Origin: a virus
Taxonomy: Duplodnaviria; Caudoviricetes
Direction: 5' to 3' (one strand)
Length of the DNA: 24,942 bases
Virus record (IMG/VR): IMGVR_UViG_3300011403_000033
Span: 1-24,942 of that record
Part shown: piece by piece, positions 1 to 7,964 of the stretch
Layout: each line of letters starts with the position of its first letter
How positions within the stretch are numbered: position 1 is the stretch's first letter
The notes under the pieces: generated by a model
Told to the model about the DNA's origin: nothing
What the model saw: only the letters and a program-made list of their open reading frames with translations
Database searches by the model: none
Made by a program: the position numbers and the translations under genes

Positions 1-601
1 ATTCCAGCGGCCAGCCACAAATTCCAATATCCGACGACGCTGCAATTTGAAAATCAATCGGGGGGCAAACCCCGCTACAACCGACTAGAGTGATGCTGTT
101 TATGTCTTCAGTGACGACTACCAGAAACGACCCGCATCCAGCAGAGCAATCAAGCACCAGCTCACCATCGGCTCCCGGACATGCGACACACTGATCAAAA
201 GGCGAAGGAGAATAGCCTCCGACGAAGGTGACTCTGTTATTGTTGGCCTGCACTTGTTCCGCGAGGGAATTCAGCCTGGACTCTGTGTCGCCTTCATCGA
301 AGCTTGGAATGGCCTGGCGTCGCCGTGTGAGGTCCGGACAAATTTGCGTTACAACAATGACAGCGGTTGAAAACGTCGAGCCATTATCATTCGTGACTTT
401 ATACCAATATTTGACACCGGCCGTAACAGCTTGGTCCGTATAGAGCTGCACCCCAAGAGCAACATCAGAAGCGATCTCCGCATAGCTGCTGCCATCCGTG
501 GAACGATAAACATCATTCGAAGCCCCTCCGTTGTCAGTCCAGCGAACTACGTTAGCGTCGGACTGTGTTGACTCTACTCGCGCATTTGTAGGCGCTGCCA
601 T
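1..601 (-). CDS. Virion/tail-associated protein with N-terminal fibronectin type III-like domain and Cys-rich region (partial, runs off window start)
   Basis: Not in the ORF track because there is no stop in the window. ATG at 601 overlaps the TAA of the upstream gene (TAATG). Hand translation: MAAPTNARVESTQSDANVVRWTDNGGASNDVYRSTDGSSYAEIASDVALGVQLYTDQAVTAGVKYWYKVTNDNGSTFS..., matching the FN3 pattern P.N...W...VYRS...YTD..V..G..Y.Y.V, followed by several Cys. Frame open to position 2. Confidence 0.75.
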   Translation of the reverse strand, partial: MAAPTNARVESTQSDANVVRWTDNGGASNDVYRSTDGSSYAEIASDVALGVQLYTDQAVTAGVKYWYKVTNDNGSTFSTAVIVVTQICPDLTRRRQAIPSFDEGDTESRLNSLAEQVQANNNRVTFVGGYSPSPFDQCVACPGADGELVLDCSAGCGSFLVVVTEDINSITLVGCSGVCPPIDFQIAASSDIGICGWPLE

Positions 602-2109
602 TACGACACCGTGGTAACATTAGCCATGTCGCCCTTAAGCATGTAGACGCCCGTGGGCTCAAACAGAATATCAACGGGCGGAATCAGTTCGGTAAAGACA
701 CTAGTCCGGTCATGATGGAATTCGACCTTGACCTTAAACTCGTCTCCGAGAAGTGGAGTTTCCGGACGGTAAAGAAGTTTGGTGAAATCACCATTGATCG
801 TTGGTCCATTCAGGTTAAAAGTCTTCCTGCTGAAGTAGCGTACGCCACCGTCTACAGCAACCGACACCGAAACCCGAGTACCGACCTTGCGCCGAAAGCG
901 AAGACCGACGCCTGTTAGGTATTTGTCTCCGGGCTCCTTACAGTCCGTCCAATCCGTTGTGTAGTAGCGACTGATCGGCGTTGTCATGTCTGTCGTAGCG
1001 GTTTCGTCGTCCAGGATGTAAACGTCCGTATTGTCCGCCACGAGAAGCTTCTGCCGGGTTATATCATTTGTGTCTTGAAAGTAGATGCCGTGGTCGAAAT
1101 GGTGACCGTCATAGGTCAGATCCTGAAATTCGCCTGTCTCGATGTTGACGATCAACCGGCCCCGGTTGTAAGTGTCGCTGGCGCTGGTAGGGTAGAAAAG
1201 ATTGTAAGTGGAATTACGCGCAGACCCAATACCGAAGGCTTGATACGCGAAAGGTTGATACATCACGCGGTCGAGATGATGCTGAAACTTTGCGGGCAAC
1301 TCTTTAACGATCTCACCATCACAAAAAACGAGCTGGAAAGACCCATTCAACATCGCGTGGCCTATGACTCCAATCTTGGCCAGGCTGGCTTTTGCACCAA
1401 TTCCTTGAGAGTAGCGGAGGCGCTTCTGCGAGAAGCGAAGCTGTCCGCCGATGAAGCGAACGCGGATAATGTCATCAGTCTTGTAGACCATAACATTGTC
1501 CCCGAGGTCGTCGCCGGTAACAAGAAATCCCGGCGTCTCATCGAAGCGCAGCTCGTTGCCACCGCAACCGGACCAGTCCACGTCGAAGTCGTCGGAGTAA
1601 ACCCCTTCGTACTCGTCCCACGTTATGCCGTCGCTGGAGGTGTAGAACAAAAAGAGGAAGCCCCAATTCTGAGCTAGGCTCTTGCAATAGGGAGGTGTTC
1701 CGCCGACAGCCGATATGTTACCTGAGCCGGACCATTTGTAGGGCTGGACAACCGTGTTCGTGAAAACGAAATATTCCTTGTGAGTGACGGACTGGGGGAT
1801 CATGGTAGCGGTGCCACTAAGGGTAGCTGCCCCGGTGATATTCGACCAGGCGCCAGCACCTACGGCCATTTTCTCAACCCGGTTGGGAGTGATCCGCATG
1901 TAGTTTGAGAAATAGGGTGCAAGGTGTCGAATAGGAGTGTCTGAGGCGTCCGTGGCAACTTCCAGGTTGGTCATCCCGTGCCGGCCGAAGACTCGATTAT
2001 AGCGAACATAGACGTTCTTCATGTCCCGCGTATAACCCTCGTTCCCCGAGGAGTCCGCGTAATCATGGAGACCCTGAAATTTGTCTATCCGGTGAATCTT
2101 CTCAGCCAT
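601..2109 (-). CDS. Podovirus tail/head-closure protein (P22 gp10-like DNA stabilisation / tail tubular B-like, beta-rich)
   Basis: 502 aa, beta-propeller-like composition, C-terminal 'VSVAVDGG..FS' and 'FKVKV' pattern, located downstream of the adaptor genes. Confidence 0.6.
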   Translation of the reverse strand: MAEKIHRIDKFQGLHDYADSSGNEGYTRDMKNVYVRYNRVFGRHGMTNLEVATDASDTPIRHLAPYFSNYMRITPNRVEKMAVGAGAWSNITGAATLSGTATMIPQSVTHKEYFVFTNTVVQPYKWSGSGNISAVGGTPPYCKSLAQNWGFLFLFYTSSDGITWDEYEGVYSDDFDVDWSGCGGNELRFDETPGFLVTGDDLGDNVMVYKTDDIIRVRFIGGQLRFSQKRLRYSQGIGAKASLAKIGVIGHAMLNGSFQLVFCDGEIVKELPAKFQHHLDRVMYQPFAYQAFGIGSARNSTYNLFYPTSASDTYNRGRLIVNIETGEFQDLTYDGHHFDHGIYFQDTNDITRQKLLVADNTDVYILDDETATTDMTTPISRYYTTDWTDCKEPGDKYLTGVGLRFRRKVGTRVSVSVAVDGGVRYFSRKTFNLNGPTINGDFTKLLYRPETPLLGDEFKVKVEFHHDRTSVFTELIPPVDILFEPTGVYMLKGDMANVTTVS

Positions 2110-2532
2110 TTAGTTCCAGACCCCTGTTTCAAGCTGACGTGCTACACGCTTTGACCTCTCCCCTACTTGTGCGGCCCATTTGCTATCAAGAGCATGCATT
2201 GCGGCATCAGACCATTGATGAGCTTCAGCGGAGCGAAGCATATTCTTAAACTCTGAAAACTTGTCAACCCCAAGGTTGAAAAACATATTCAACAAAGCCG
2301 CAAAACGAGCATCGTCAAGCTTGAGCACCCAAGGAAACGCCTTAATCATTTCTTTTTTGTGGTTGAGGTAATCGTTTCGATAGAGATAGTCTATCTCATC
2401 CTCGGAGAGCGGACGGCGCATATTGCGTCCAATCCCAATGGACTCGATGCCTTCAGAGTCCTTGTAGAGCCTGTTCTTGCGGCCCTCGTCCCGTTCCATC
2501 TGCTTTTTAAAGAGTGTTTCAAAATCAACCAT
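2110..2532 (-). CDS. T4-type (GH24) lysozyme / endolysin
   Basis: DEG-x-YKDSEGIESIGIGRN gives the E-x8-D-x5-(T/S) catalytic spacing; also NMFFNLG, AA..ALDSKWAAQVGERSKR and LETG.W motifs. Confidence 0.92.
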   Translation of the reverse strand: MVDFETLFKKQMERDEGRKNRLYKDSEGIESIGIGRNMRRPLSEDEIDYLYRNDYLNHKKEMIKAFPWVLKLDDARFAALLNMFFNLGVDKFSEFKNMLRSAEAHQWSDAAMHALDSKWAAQVGERSKRVARQLETGVWN

Positions 2533-2845
2533 TGATCACCTTGTTTCTGACCCGAATCTCCGCAATCTTGTAAGGTGTTTGGGTCGAACTGCTAAAGGTA
2601 ACTTTGCAGACCAGCCGGTAGTCCATCCCGATTGAATCATCACCAATAGCCGCCAGTTTGACGATAACCGTCGAGCCGCTGATAGAAGACGAAGTAACCC
2701 CGGTGGCGGACATCTCGTTCTCAGCCGAGTCGAACATGGTGATAGTCTTGGTTGAGATCGTTTCGCCCGAGGGAAGCTCGTTGGCGAACTCGAACGTATA
2801 GTTTGCAATCTCGCCAGAATGTTTAATCAGGTAACCGTCAATCAT
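2525..2845 (-). CDS. Small beta-sandwich virion protein (Ig-like/head-tail joining type)
   Basis: 106 aa with K..GE..NYTFEF..EL..GETI and G.DY.L.C.VT.S pattern; tightly packed with its neighbours. Confidence 0.55.
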   Translation of the reverse strand: MIDGYLIKHSGEIANYTFEFANELPSGETISTKTITMFDSAENEMSATGVTSSSISGSTVIVKLAAIGDDSIGMDYRLVCKVTFSSSTQTPYKIAEIRVRNKVING

Positions 2846-3538
2846 TTACTTCTCCTGCAAACTCTGAAGCACCCGAGCCGCTTCACTTGCGTCAACAACA
2901 TGGTTGGCCGAGGGTTCTCCCAATCGAGCATTGGTAAAATCCTTTGCTTTTTTGATCTCATCATCCCGGATGCTCAGCCAGAATGCTGCATCTTCTTTAT
3001 TCTTGGTGAGCATGGGTATTAGCACTGCAAGAGATGAAGAAATGATAAGCATAGGCCACTGGGTAAACAGCTCGTCGGTAGCGGTGATATCGTCATCATT
3101 TGTAGTCCAGGCAAAGTAGAAGAGCGCCACGTCATAAAGTGTATTCGGGATCGGTGATAGATACATGGTGGCGTTATCCACGGAAGCCGCGTCGGGCTGG
3201 CCCTCTGCATCGAAATTATGAATATCGACCATAGATGCATGAGAGCCAATCGGTAACATGCTCCAAGGGATACCGCTGGAGTCGGACCGTTTGATAAACG
3301 CGTACCGGGAAAGCTTATAGTCTGGTAAATTGAAGCCCGCATCTACGGCCGTGGTTATGGGGTAGATGTACTGATCTTCGAACACAGCGAGGTCAACGCC
3401 CACGCTCATCCAATAGTAGTTTCCCCGCCTCTCAATCTCTCTTCGACCTTCATCCATCGCAAAACGAACGAGGATAGGGTCAACGTCCGGCTTACCACAC
3501 AAGGCCCGGACAACATCCATTGCTTCGGAGATTGTCAT
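2846..3538 (-). CDS. Head-tail adaptor-like protein (paralogue 2)
   Basis: 230 aa; MT.SE...VR start, Y.Y, G.P...., YLSPIP...Y and W......D...P motifs typical of podovirus adaptor/tail tubular A-like proteins. Confidence 0.6.
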   Translation of the reverse strand: MTISEAMDVVRALCGKPDVDPILVRFAMDEGRREIERRGNYYWMSVGVDLAVFEDQYIYPITTAVDAGFNLPDYKLSRYAFIKRSDSSGIPWSMLPIGSHASMVDIHNFDAEGQPDAASVDNATMYLSPIPNTLYDVALFYFAWTTNDDDITATDELFTQWPMLIISSSLAVLIPMLTKNKEDAAFWLSIRDDEIKKAKDFTNARLGEPSANHVVDASEAARVLQSLQEK

Positions 3539-4459
3539 TTAGAAATACCTCGCTTTGTTGTGGTAGTCCGTGGACTGCACGCGCTTCGACGGAAAGAGCT
3601 TGTTAGCCGCGATGTCGAGCTGCTTCAAGAATCTATTGTAAGTTGCATCCTGAACCTTAAATTGTTCTCCTGATGCAAGGGAGACACACAGTCTCCAGAG
3701 CAAGTAACTAGACCATCCCGCAGGCATATCCGGATCACTTTCCGGTCCATCGAAATCGTATAGTGGCCTCTTAAAGTGCAGCAGCAAGGACTGGGCAGTC
3801 GTATATGCAGTGGACGTCGCCCACACGGCGCCGACCGTAGTCGTAAGCTGCCAAAAGAGGGGCCAGTCTGCTCCTGTAATCGGGCGGTTCTCCGCGCTTG
3901 CAGTGTGTCCCAAGATACAATCATAATACTCACCATCCGTTCCAATCACGGTGCTGAGGGTGCCAAAGTTATCGCCAGCAGTGTTGTCACTGTCCGAAGG
4001 GACGGGCCACACAAAAAGCTTTTGGTCCGCAAGCTCAAGGGTTCGATCGACAAACACTGCCTGCGGATCTCCAGTTTCATCCTTCGGTGTAGTGAGCTGC
4101 CAGTCCCGAGGGGAAAGAATTCGAATTGGAGTATCAGTGCCACGAGTGTCCCGCCAGAACACGTTCAACAGCTCCATCATGTTTTCGGGAATACCGTCTG
4201 GAGCTTCATCGTCAGGGGTGTAGATCCTGTGCCCCTGCTCAATAAATAAATGACGAGAAGACATAGCCCAAAGAGCCGCCTTTTCGCCTGATAGGTCCTG
4301 ATCTTCTTCGCGCAGAATGTCGTTAAGATCCCGCACCGCGTCGCGCATAAGGTTCTGCGAAGGCACTTCTCCCGGCTTGATCGCGCCTACACGTCTAAGC
4401 GCAGCCTCAACGATTTGGTTGCGCTTACGAAGATGATCGAATGTCGTTCCTGTACTCAC
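3539..4459 (-). CDS. Head-tail adaptor (P22 gp4-like) with inserted CBM5/12-like segment
   Basis: Start revised to GTG at 4459 (GGAGG 7 nt upstream). STGTTFD..RNQIVEAALRRVGAIKPGEVPS...DLN N-terminus, TGDPQ, FVWPVP, D.P..W...L.W.L...LA motifs. Confidence 0.7.
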   Translation of the reverse strand: MSTGTTFDHLRKRNQIVEAALRRVGAIKPGEVPSQNLMRDAVRDLNDILREEDQDLSGEKAALWAMSSRHLFIEQGHRIYTPDDEAPDGIPENMMELLNVFWRDTRGTDTPIRILSPRDWQLTTPKDETGDPQAVFVDRTLELADQKLFVWPVPSDSDNTAGDNFGTLSTVIGTDGEYYDCILGHTASAENRPITGADWPLFWQLTTTVGAVWATSTAYTTAQSLLLHFKRPLYDFDGPESDPDMPAGWSSYLLWRLCVSLASGEQFKVQDATYNRFLKQLDIAANKLFPSKRVQSTDYHNKARYF

Positions 4460-4471
4460 TAAGTTACCTCC

Positions 4472-4512
4472 AAAAGAAACAAGCCGGGGAAACAAGGGGG
4501 TATTCCCCCGGC
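4472..4512 (-). terminator. Intrinsic terminator ending the capsid/nonulosonate transcription unit
   Basis: Minus strand reads GCCGGGGGAA-N10-TTTCCCCGGC (10-bp stem with one G-U) then TTGTTTCTTTT. A second hairpin CTAGGCG..CGCCTAG lies at 4529-4551. Confidence 0.7.
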
Positions 4513-4547
4513 CGTGGGTGGGGCAGGGCTAGGCGCCGTGATGACGC

Positions 4548-5273
4548 CTAGAAGAGGGTGCCCTGCCTAATGAAGGGACGTGTGTCGAGTAGACGAAGCA
4601 CGTCCCGTGCCCTGAAGTCTGTACCAAGTTCTTTGTAAACGTATAGGGCAAGTTCGTATTGCTCTTGAGTGTTCAAGCTTAAATCTAAGTCCGGGGCTCG
4701 GATCTCAGCCGGCGCGGAGATTGTCCGAAGCTGCTGATGTTCGAAAGCCCATTTATGAGGATGTTCTTTGTAGGCTTTGTCAAAAGCGACTTCTTTATCG
4801 AGCCAATGCAGAAAGCGAACGTCCCAAACCTCGGCGCCCAATCCGCCAGGGTAGCCATTACCCATAACGTTACGGTCTAAGTTTGTTGTCAGCCAATTCC
4901 ACCTCGCCGGATTACCGTCATAGAACTTCACAATGCGGTCAATCTCGTCGGGATCAATCATCGTGTTGTCGCCAGGAATTCGAATGATGATGTCACCATC
5001 CATAATATCAGCAGCGAGACAATACCGATGAACAAGATCGTCAGAATTACCTTTGTAATCCAAAACAGGAATATCAAGGTCACGCGCTGCCTCCTTCATG
5101 ATCCCGCCATTTGCTTCGTGAGGAATTGCCAGCATTATTTCTGTGAACGTGGTTGCCTTCTTTACTCTATTCAGCACATGCCAAATTTGAGGCTTCCCGA
5201 GAATCATCAAACCGTTTTTTCCAGGCATACGCGAATTCCCCATCCGTGCCTGAACCACACAAACCTTTTTCAT
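4548..5273 (-). CDS. SpsF-type cytidylyltransferase (CMP-nonulosonate synthetase-like)
   Basis: Start revised to ATG 5273 (RBS GGAGAGG). VVQARMGNSRMPGK, G...DL..RY..AA, IIRIPGDN..IDP..ID, YP.GL..EV, EH and LSLNT.E motifs of the SpsF/CTP_transf_3 family. Confidence 0.85.
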   Translation of the reverse strand: MKKVCVVQARMGNSRMPGKNGLMILGKPQIWHVLNRVKKATTFTEIMLAIPHEANGGIMKEAARDLDIPVLDYKGNSDDLVHRYCLAADIMDGDIIIRIPGDNTMIDPDEIDRIVKFYDGNPARWNWLTTNLDRNVMGNGYPGGLGAEVWDVRFLHWLDKEVAFDKAYKEHPHKWAFEHQQLRTISAPAEIRAPDLDLSLNTQEQYELALYVYKELGTDFRARDVLRLLDTRPFIRQGTLF

Positions 5274-5356
5274 TTCTTCCTCTCCGTCAGCAACCACACA
5301 AAAAACGCCATGTCTAAGCAGATAACAAAACCAACAAAGGCTAGGTCTGCAATCAT
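5270..5356 (-). CDS. 28-aa hydrophobic peptide (MIADLAFVGFVICLDMAFFVWLLTERKK)
   Basis: Fills the gap exactly; ATGA overlap with the neuB stop at its start and ATGA overlap with the cytidylyltransferase start at its end; one TM-like segment with a basic tail. Confidence 0.6.
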   Translation of the reverse strand: MIADLAFVGFVICLDMAFFVWLLTERKK

Positions 5357-6204
5357 CCTCGAAGCCTCTTTATGCTTCCGGCTTCGCAGGGCAAGACTCG
5401 GATCTCTCCGGACCCTCGCGCAACCTGAAGGTTGCGAATCTCGCGGACAAGAGTCTTGAATCCGCCAGGCTCCACTGAAGCAGCCTGGTCTGTTCCAGGG
5501 AGGGCACGATCAAGTGTTATGTGACGTTCAACGATTGCCGCTCCCATAGCCACGGCGCAAAGAGTGGTCCATAACCCCGGTTCGTGCCCGGAATAACCAA
5601 TAGGGCAATCAGGAAAATCATGCATGAAGGTATAAAGACGATTCAGGTTCAAGTCTTCTGGTTTAGCCGGATAATCGGAGGTGCAAACCATCAACCCAAT
5701 CCACGGGCAAGCCGGGTAAAGAATATTCATTGCGTACCAGATGTCCCGCCGCGTACACATTCCGGTGCTCATAATAACTGGCTTATGGAAGCCTGCTATG
5801 TGGCGTATAAGCTCAAGGTCTGTAACCTTAGCCGAAGCTATCTTGAACAACCGCATGTTCATACACTCTAAGGTATCAGCCGCATTGCAGTCCCACGGGG
5901 ACGCGAACATTTCGATGCCACGCGCTGACGCGTGCTTAAAAAGATCAACATACTGCTCTGAGCTGAACTCGATTCGCTCCCGGTAAGCGAGGTAGGTCAT
6001 TCTCTCGCCCCAAGGGGTATCGCGCTCCTGGTCCCAAAGATGAGCCGGCACGTTCATTGCCGGGGTTCGCTTCTGAAACTTAACCGCATCACAGCCGGCA
6101 TCCTTTGCAGCATCGATAAGCTGCTTTGCCATTTCCATGCTGCCGTTGTGGTTAATGCCAACCTCTGCTATCACAAACGTATGATTAGGATTTAACTGCA
6201 ACAT
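5353..6204 (-). CDS. neuB: N-acetylneuraminate/nonulosonate synthase family (NeuB), short form lacking the C-terminal SAF domain
   Basis: Start revised to ATG 6204 (RBS GAGGAGG). IAEVGINHNG, DAVKFQKR, KIASA, STGM, CTSDYP, GYSGHE and ERHITLDR...DQAAS motifs; both metal-binding His motifs are present. Confidence 0.95.
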   Translation of the reverse strand: MLQLNPNHTFVIAEVGINHNGSMEMAKQLIDAAKDAGCDAVKFQKRTPAMNVPAHLWDQERDTPWGERMTYLAYRERIEFSSEQYVDLFKHASARGIEMFASPWDCNAADTLECMNMRLFKIASAKVTDLELIRHIAGFHKPVIMSTGMCTRRDIWYAMNILYPACPWIGLMVCTSDYPAKPEDLNLNRLYTFMHDFPDCPIGYSGHEPGLWTTLCAVAMGAAIVERHITLDRALPGTDQAASVEPGGFKTLVREIRNLQVARGSGEIRVLPCEAGSIKRLRG

Positions 6205-7930
6205 CTGTCCCCTCCTCCTCATGCCACTGTCCATCCCACACTTTGTTAATAAACGATTCACCATAAAACTTGATTGACTTCAGAAGTCCGGCATCGTGAC
6301 CGCATGAAATGAAGTCCAGGGTCTGCTCGGTGAAGTCTAAGAAGGAAGGCGTCGTCAGGATCTCTTCCCCCTTCACGGTTACGGTGCAAAAATCAAATTC
6401 AACGCTCTTACCCGTGATCCCCGTCGCGTGGGTCTGCTCTTGCTTCTGCACCATGAGATCAAGTCCAAAAACATGCAGCTCCGAGTATCCTAGATTCATC
6501 GCTAATGACAGAGCATTTATTGCGACACTGCCCCCGGCATTAACTATGGTACAGACATCATAACCTTGCTCTCTTCGGATCTCCTTAAGCTTACGAGTAT
6601 CCTGGGTGTCGAAGATGTAGCGGTTATATGCTTCGGTCCGCTTAACAATCGAGGGCCGAGAAAAGGAAGCGAGTAAAAACTTGGTCTTGGTGTTCAACCG
6701 GGTGAAGCAGGACTCTTGCTCTGAAGAGCAATCGAGAGAGATGCAGTAGTCCGGGATGATGTCGTGGTCCAAGCACCAGGGATACATCCGAGCAATCGCG
6801 ATCACCGGATAACCGCAACCCTTCAACCATTTAATGTTATCAACTTGCCCGTCAACCGAAGGTCCGCCAGCAACAATTACGACCTGGCCGAAGTCCTTTC
6901 CGGTAAGCTCTCTGAGGTCCGGAATACCCTGAGATAGATTCTTCCGCGCATTCGAATAAAGAAGCTTACGGCTAAACTTACACTGACCACGGAACGGGGG
7001 GGATTTTCGTTCTTCCCCATCCTTCTTGAACAAGTAGTCCAATGAATGTTGCACCCATTCCACGGGCTTCCAGGGAGACGTGAACACGTCTTCATACCCA
7101 CGGTGACGCCATAGGGATCGAATTTCTTCGTCCGCGTAGAACTCTTCAAAATCAAACTGCGACATTACATAAGCCAATGTCGAATGGCAAAAATGGTAGT
7201 TCCGACCCATGCACACAAAAACATTAGGGTCCTTACTAAAAAAGCCGGGCGTCTGCACATAAAGCAGTCCGTCCGGCTTCAAAAGAGATTTTATTTTTTT
7301 AAGCTCACCGAGGTCCGAAAGATGGTCTAGGGTCCCTTGCATGACTATAAGGTCAGCTTGAACCCTTAAGGTTACAAGCTCATCAACATTCTGGTAAGCC
7401 CAATAACTCGGCTGAGCTGCCACGTCACCAAAATCAACTCCCCAAATCTGTTCCGACCCTTCGTCCTTAAAGGCTTGCAGCAAGCCGCCCCATCGTGACC
7501 CGATCTCAACCACCACTTTAGGCAAAGCGATGTCGTTCTCGTCAAGCCAGTTGATTAGCGACTTACCACTATTATATTGGGCCTTGAATCCCGACTCGGG
7601 CTCGTCAATCGTCATGTAGACCTTAGTGTCATGGTCCGGTATGATATCCCGGCCGACATTAAGATCCAAATATTCAGCGTTGTAATACCGACGAAAGCTG
7701 TCCGCCGTCATCCGAGGATTTGCACGAACCAACGCACACTCGGCGCATATGACCAACCTGTGACCAAGCTGGTCCCGGTCACTCCTGCTAAGCTCAATCT
7801 CGTTTGAAGATCCACAAATACAAGGGGCATCTTCAAAAAGATACTCCCCTGCTAAAATCTTCTCTTCTATCTGTCTGATAAATACAGGGGCAGAGAGTAT
7901 CCGCCCCTGTATGTGTTCACTTAACTCCAT
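6185..7930 (-). CDS. Fusion of class I SAM-dependent methyltransferase (N-term) and Maf/DUF115 sialyltransferase-like domain (C-term)
   Basis: N-half: CICG...C..C.L...NPR..YY Zn-binding lead-in, VVEIGSRWGGLL (motif I), LDHL, LLKPDGLLYVQTP. C-half: N...N, VIVAGGPSV, I.PDY...LD, GGSV...A..LA..LGYSELHVFGLDL, the DUF115/MAF_flag10 signature. Confidence 0.85.
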   Translation of the reverse strand: MELSEHIQGRILSAPVFIRQIEEKILAGEYLFEDAPCICGSSNEIELSRSDRDQLGHRLVICAECALVRANPRMTADSFRRYYNAEYLDLNVGRDIIPDHDTKVYMTIDEPESGFKAQYNSGKSLINWLDENDIALPKVVVEIGSRWGGLLQAFKDEGSEQIWGVDFGDVAAQPSYWAYQNVDELVTLRVQADLIVMQGTLDHLSDLGELKKIKSLLKPDGLLYVQTPGFFSKDPNVFVCMGRNYHFCHSTLAYVMSQFDFEEFYADEEIRSLWRHRGYEDVFTSPWKPVEWVQHSLDYLFKKDGEERKSPPFRGQCKFSRKLLYSNARKNLSQGIPDLRELTGKDFGQVVIVAGGPSVDGQVDNIKWLKGCGYPVIAIARMYPWCLDHDIIPDYCISLDCSSEQESCFTRLNTKTKFLLASFSRPSIVKRTEAYNRYIFDTQDTRKLKEIRREQGYDVCTIVNAGGSVAINALSLAMNLGYSELHVFGLDLMVQKQEQTHATGITGKSVEFDFCTVTVKGEEILTTPSFLDFTEQTLDFISCGHDAGLLKSIKFYGESFINKVWDGQWHEEEGTDVAVKS

Positions 7931-7964
7931 AAATTCCCCCTTCAGAAACTTATGCAGAGGTTGC

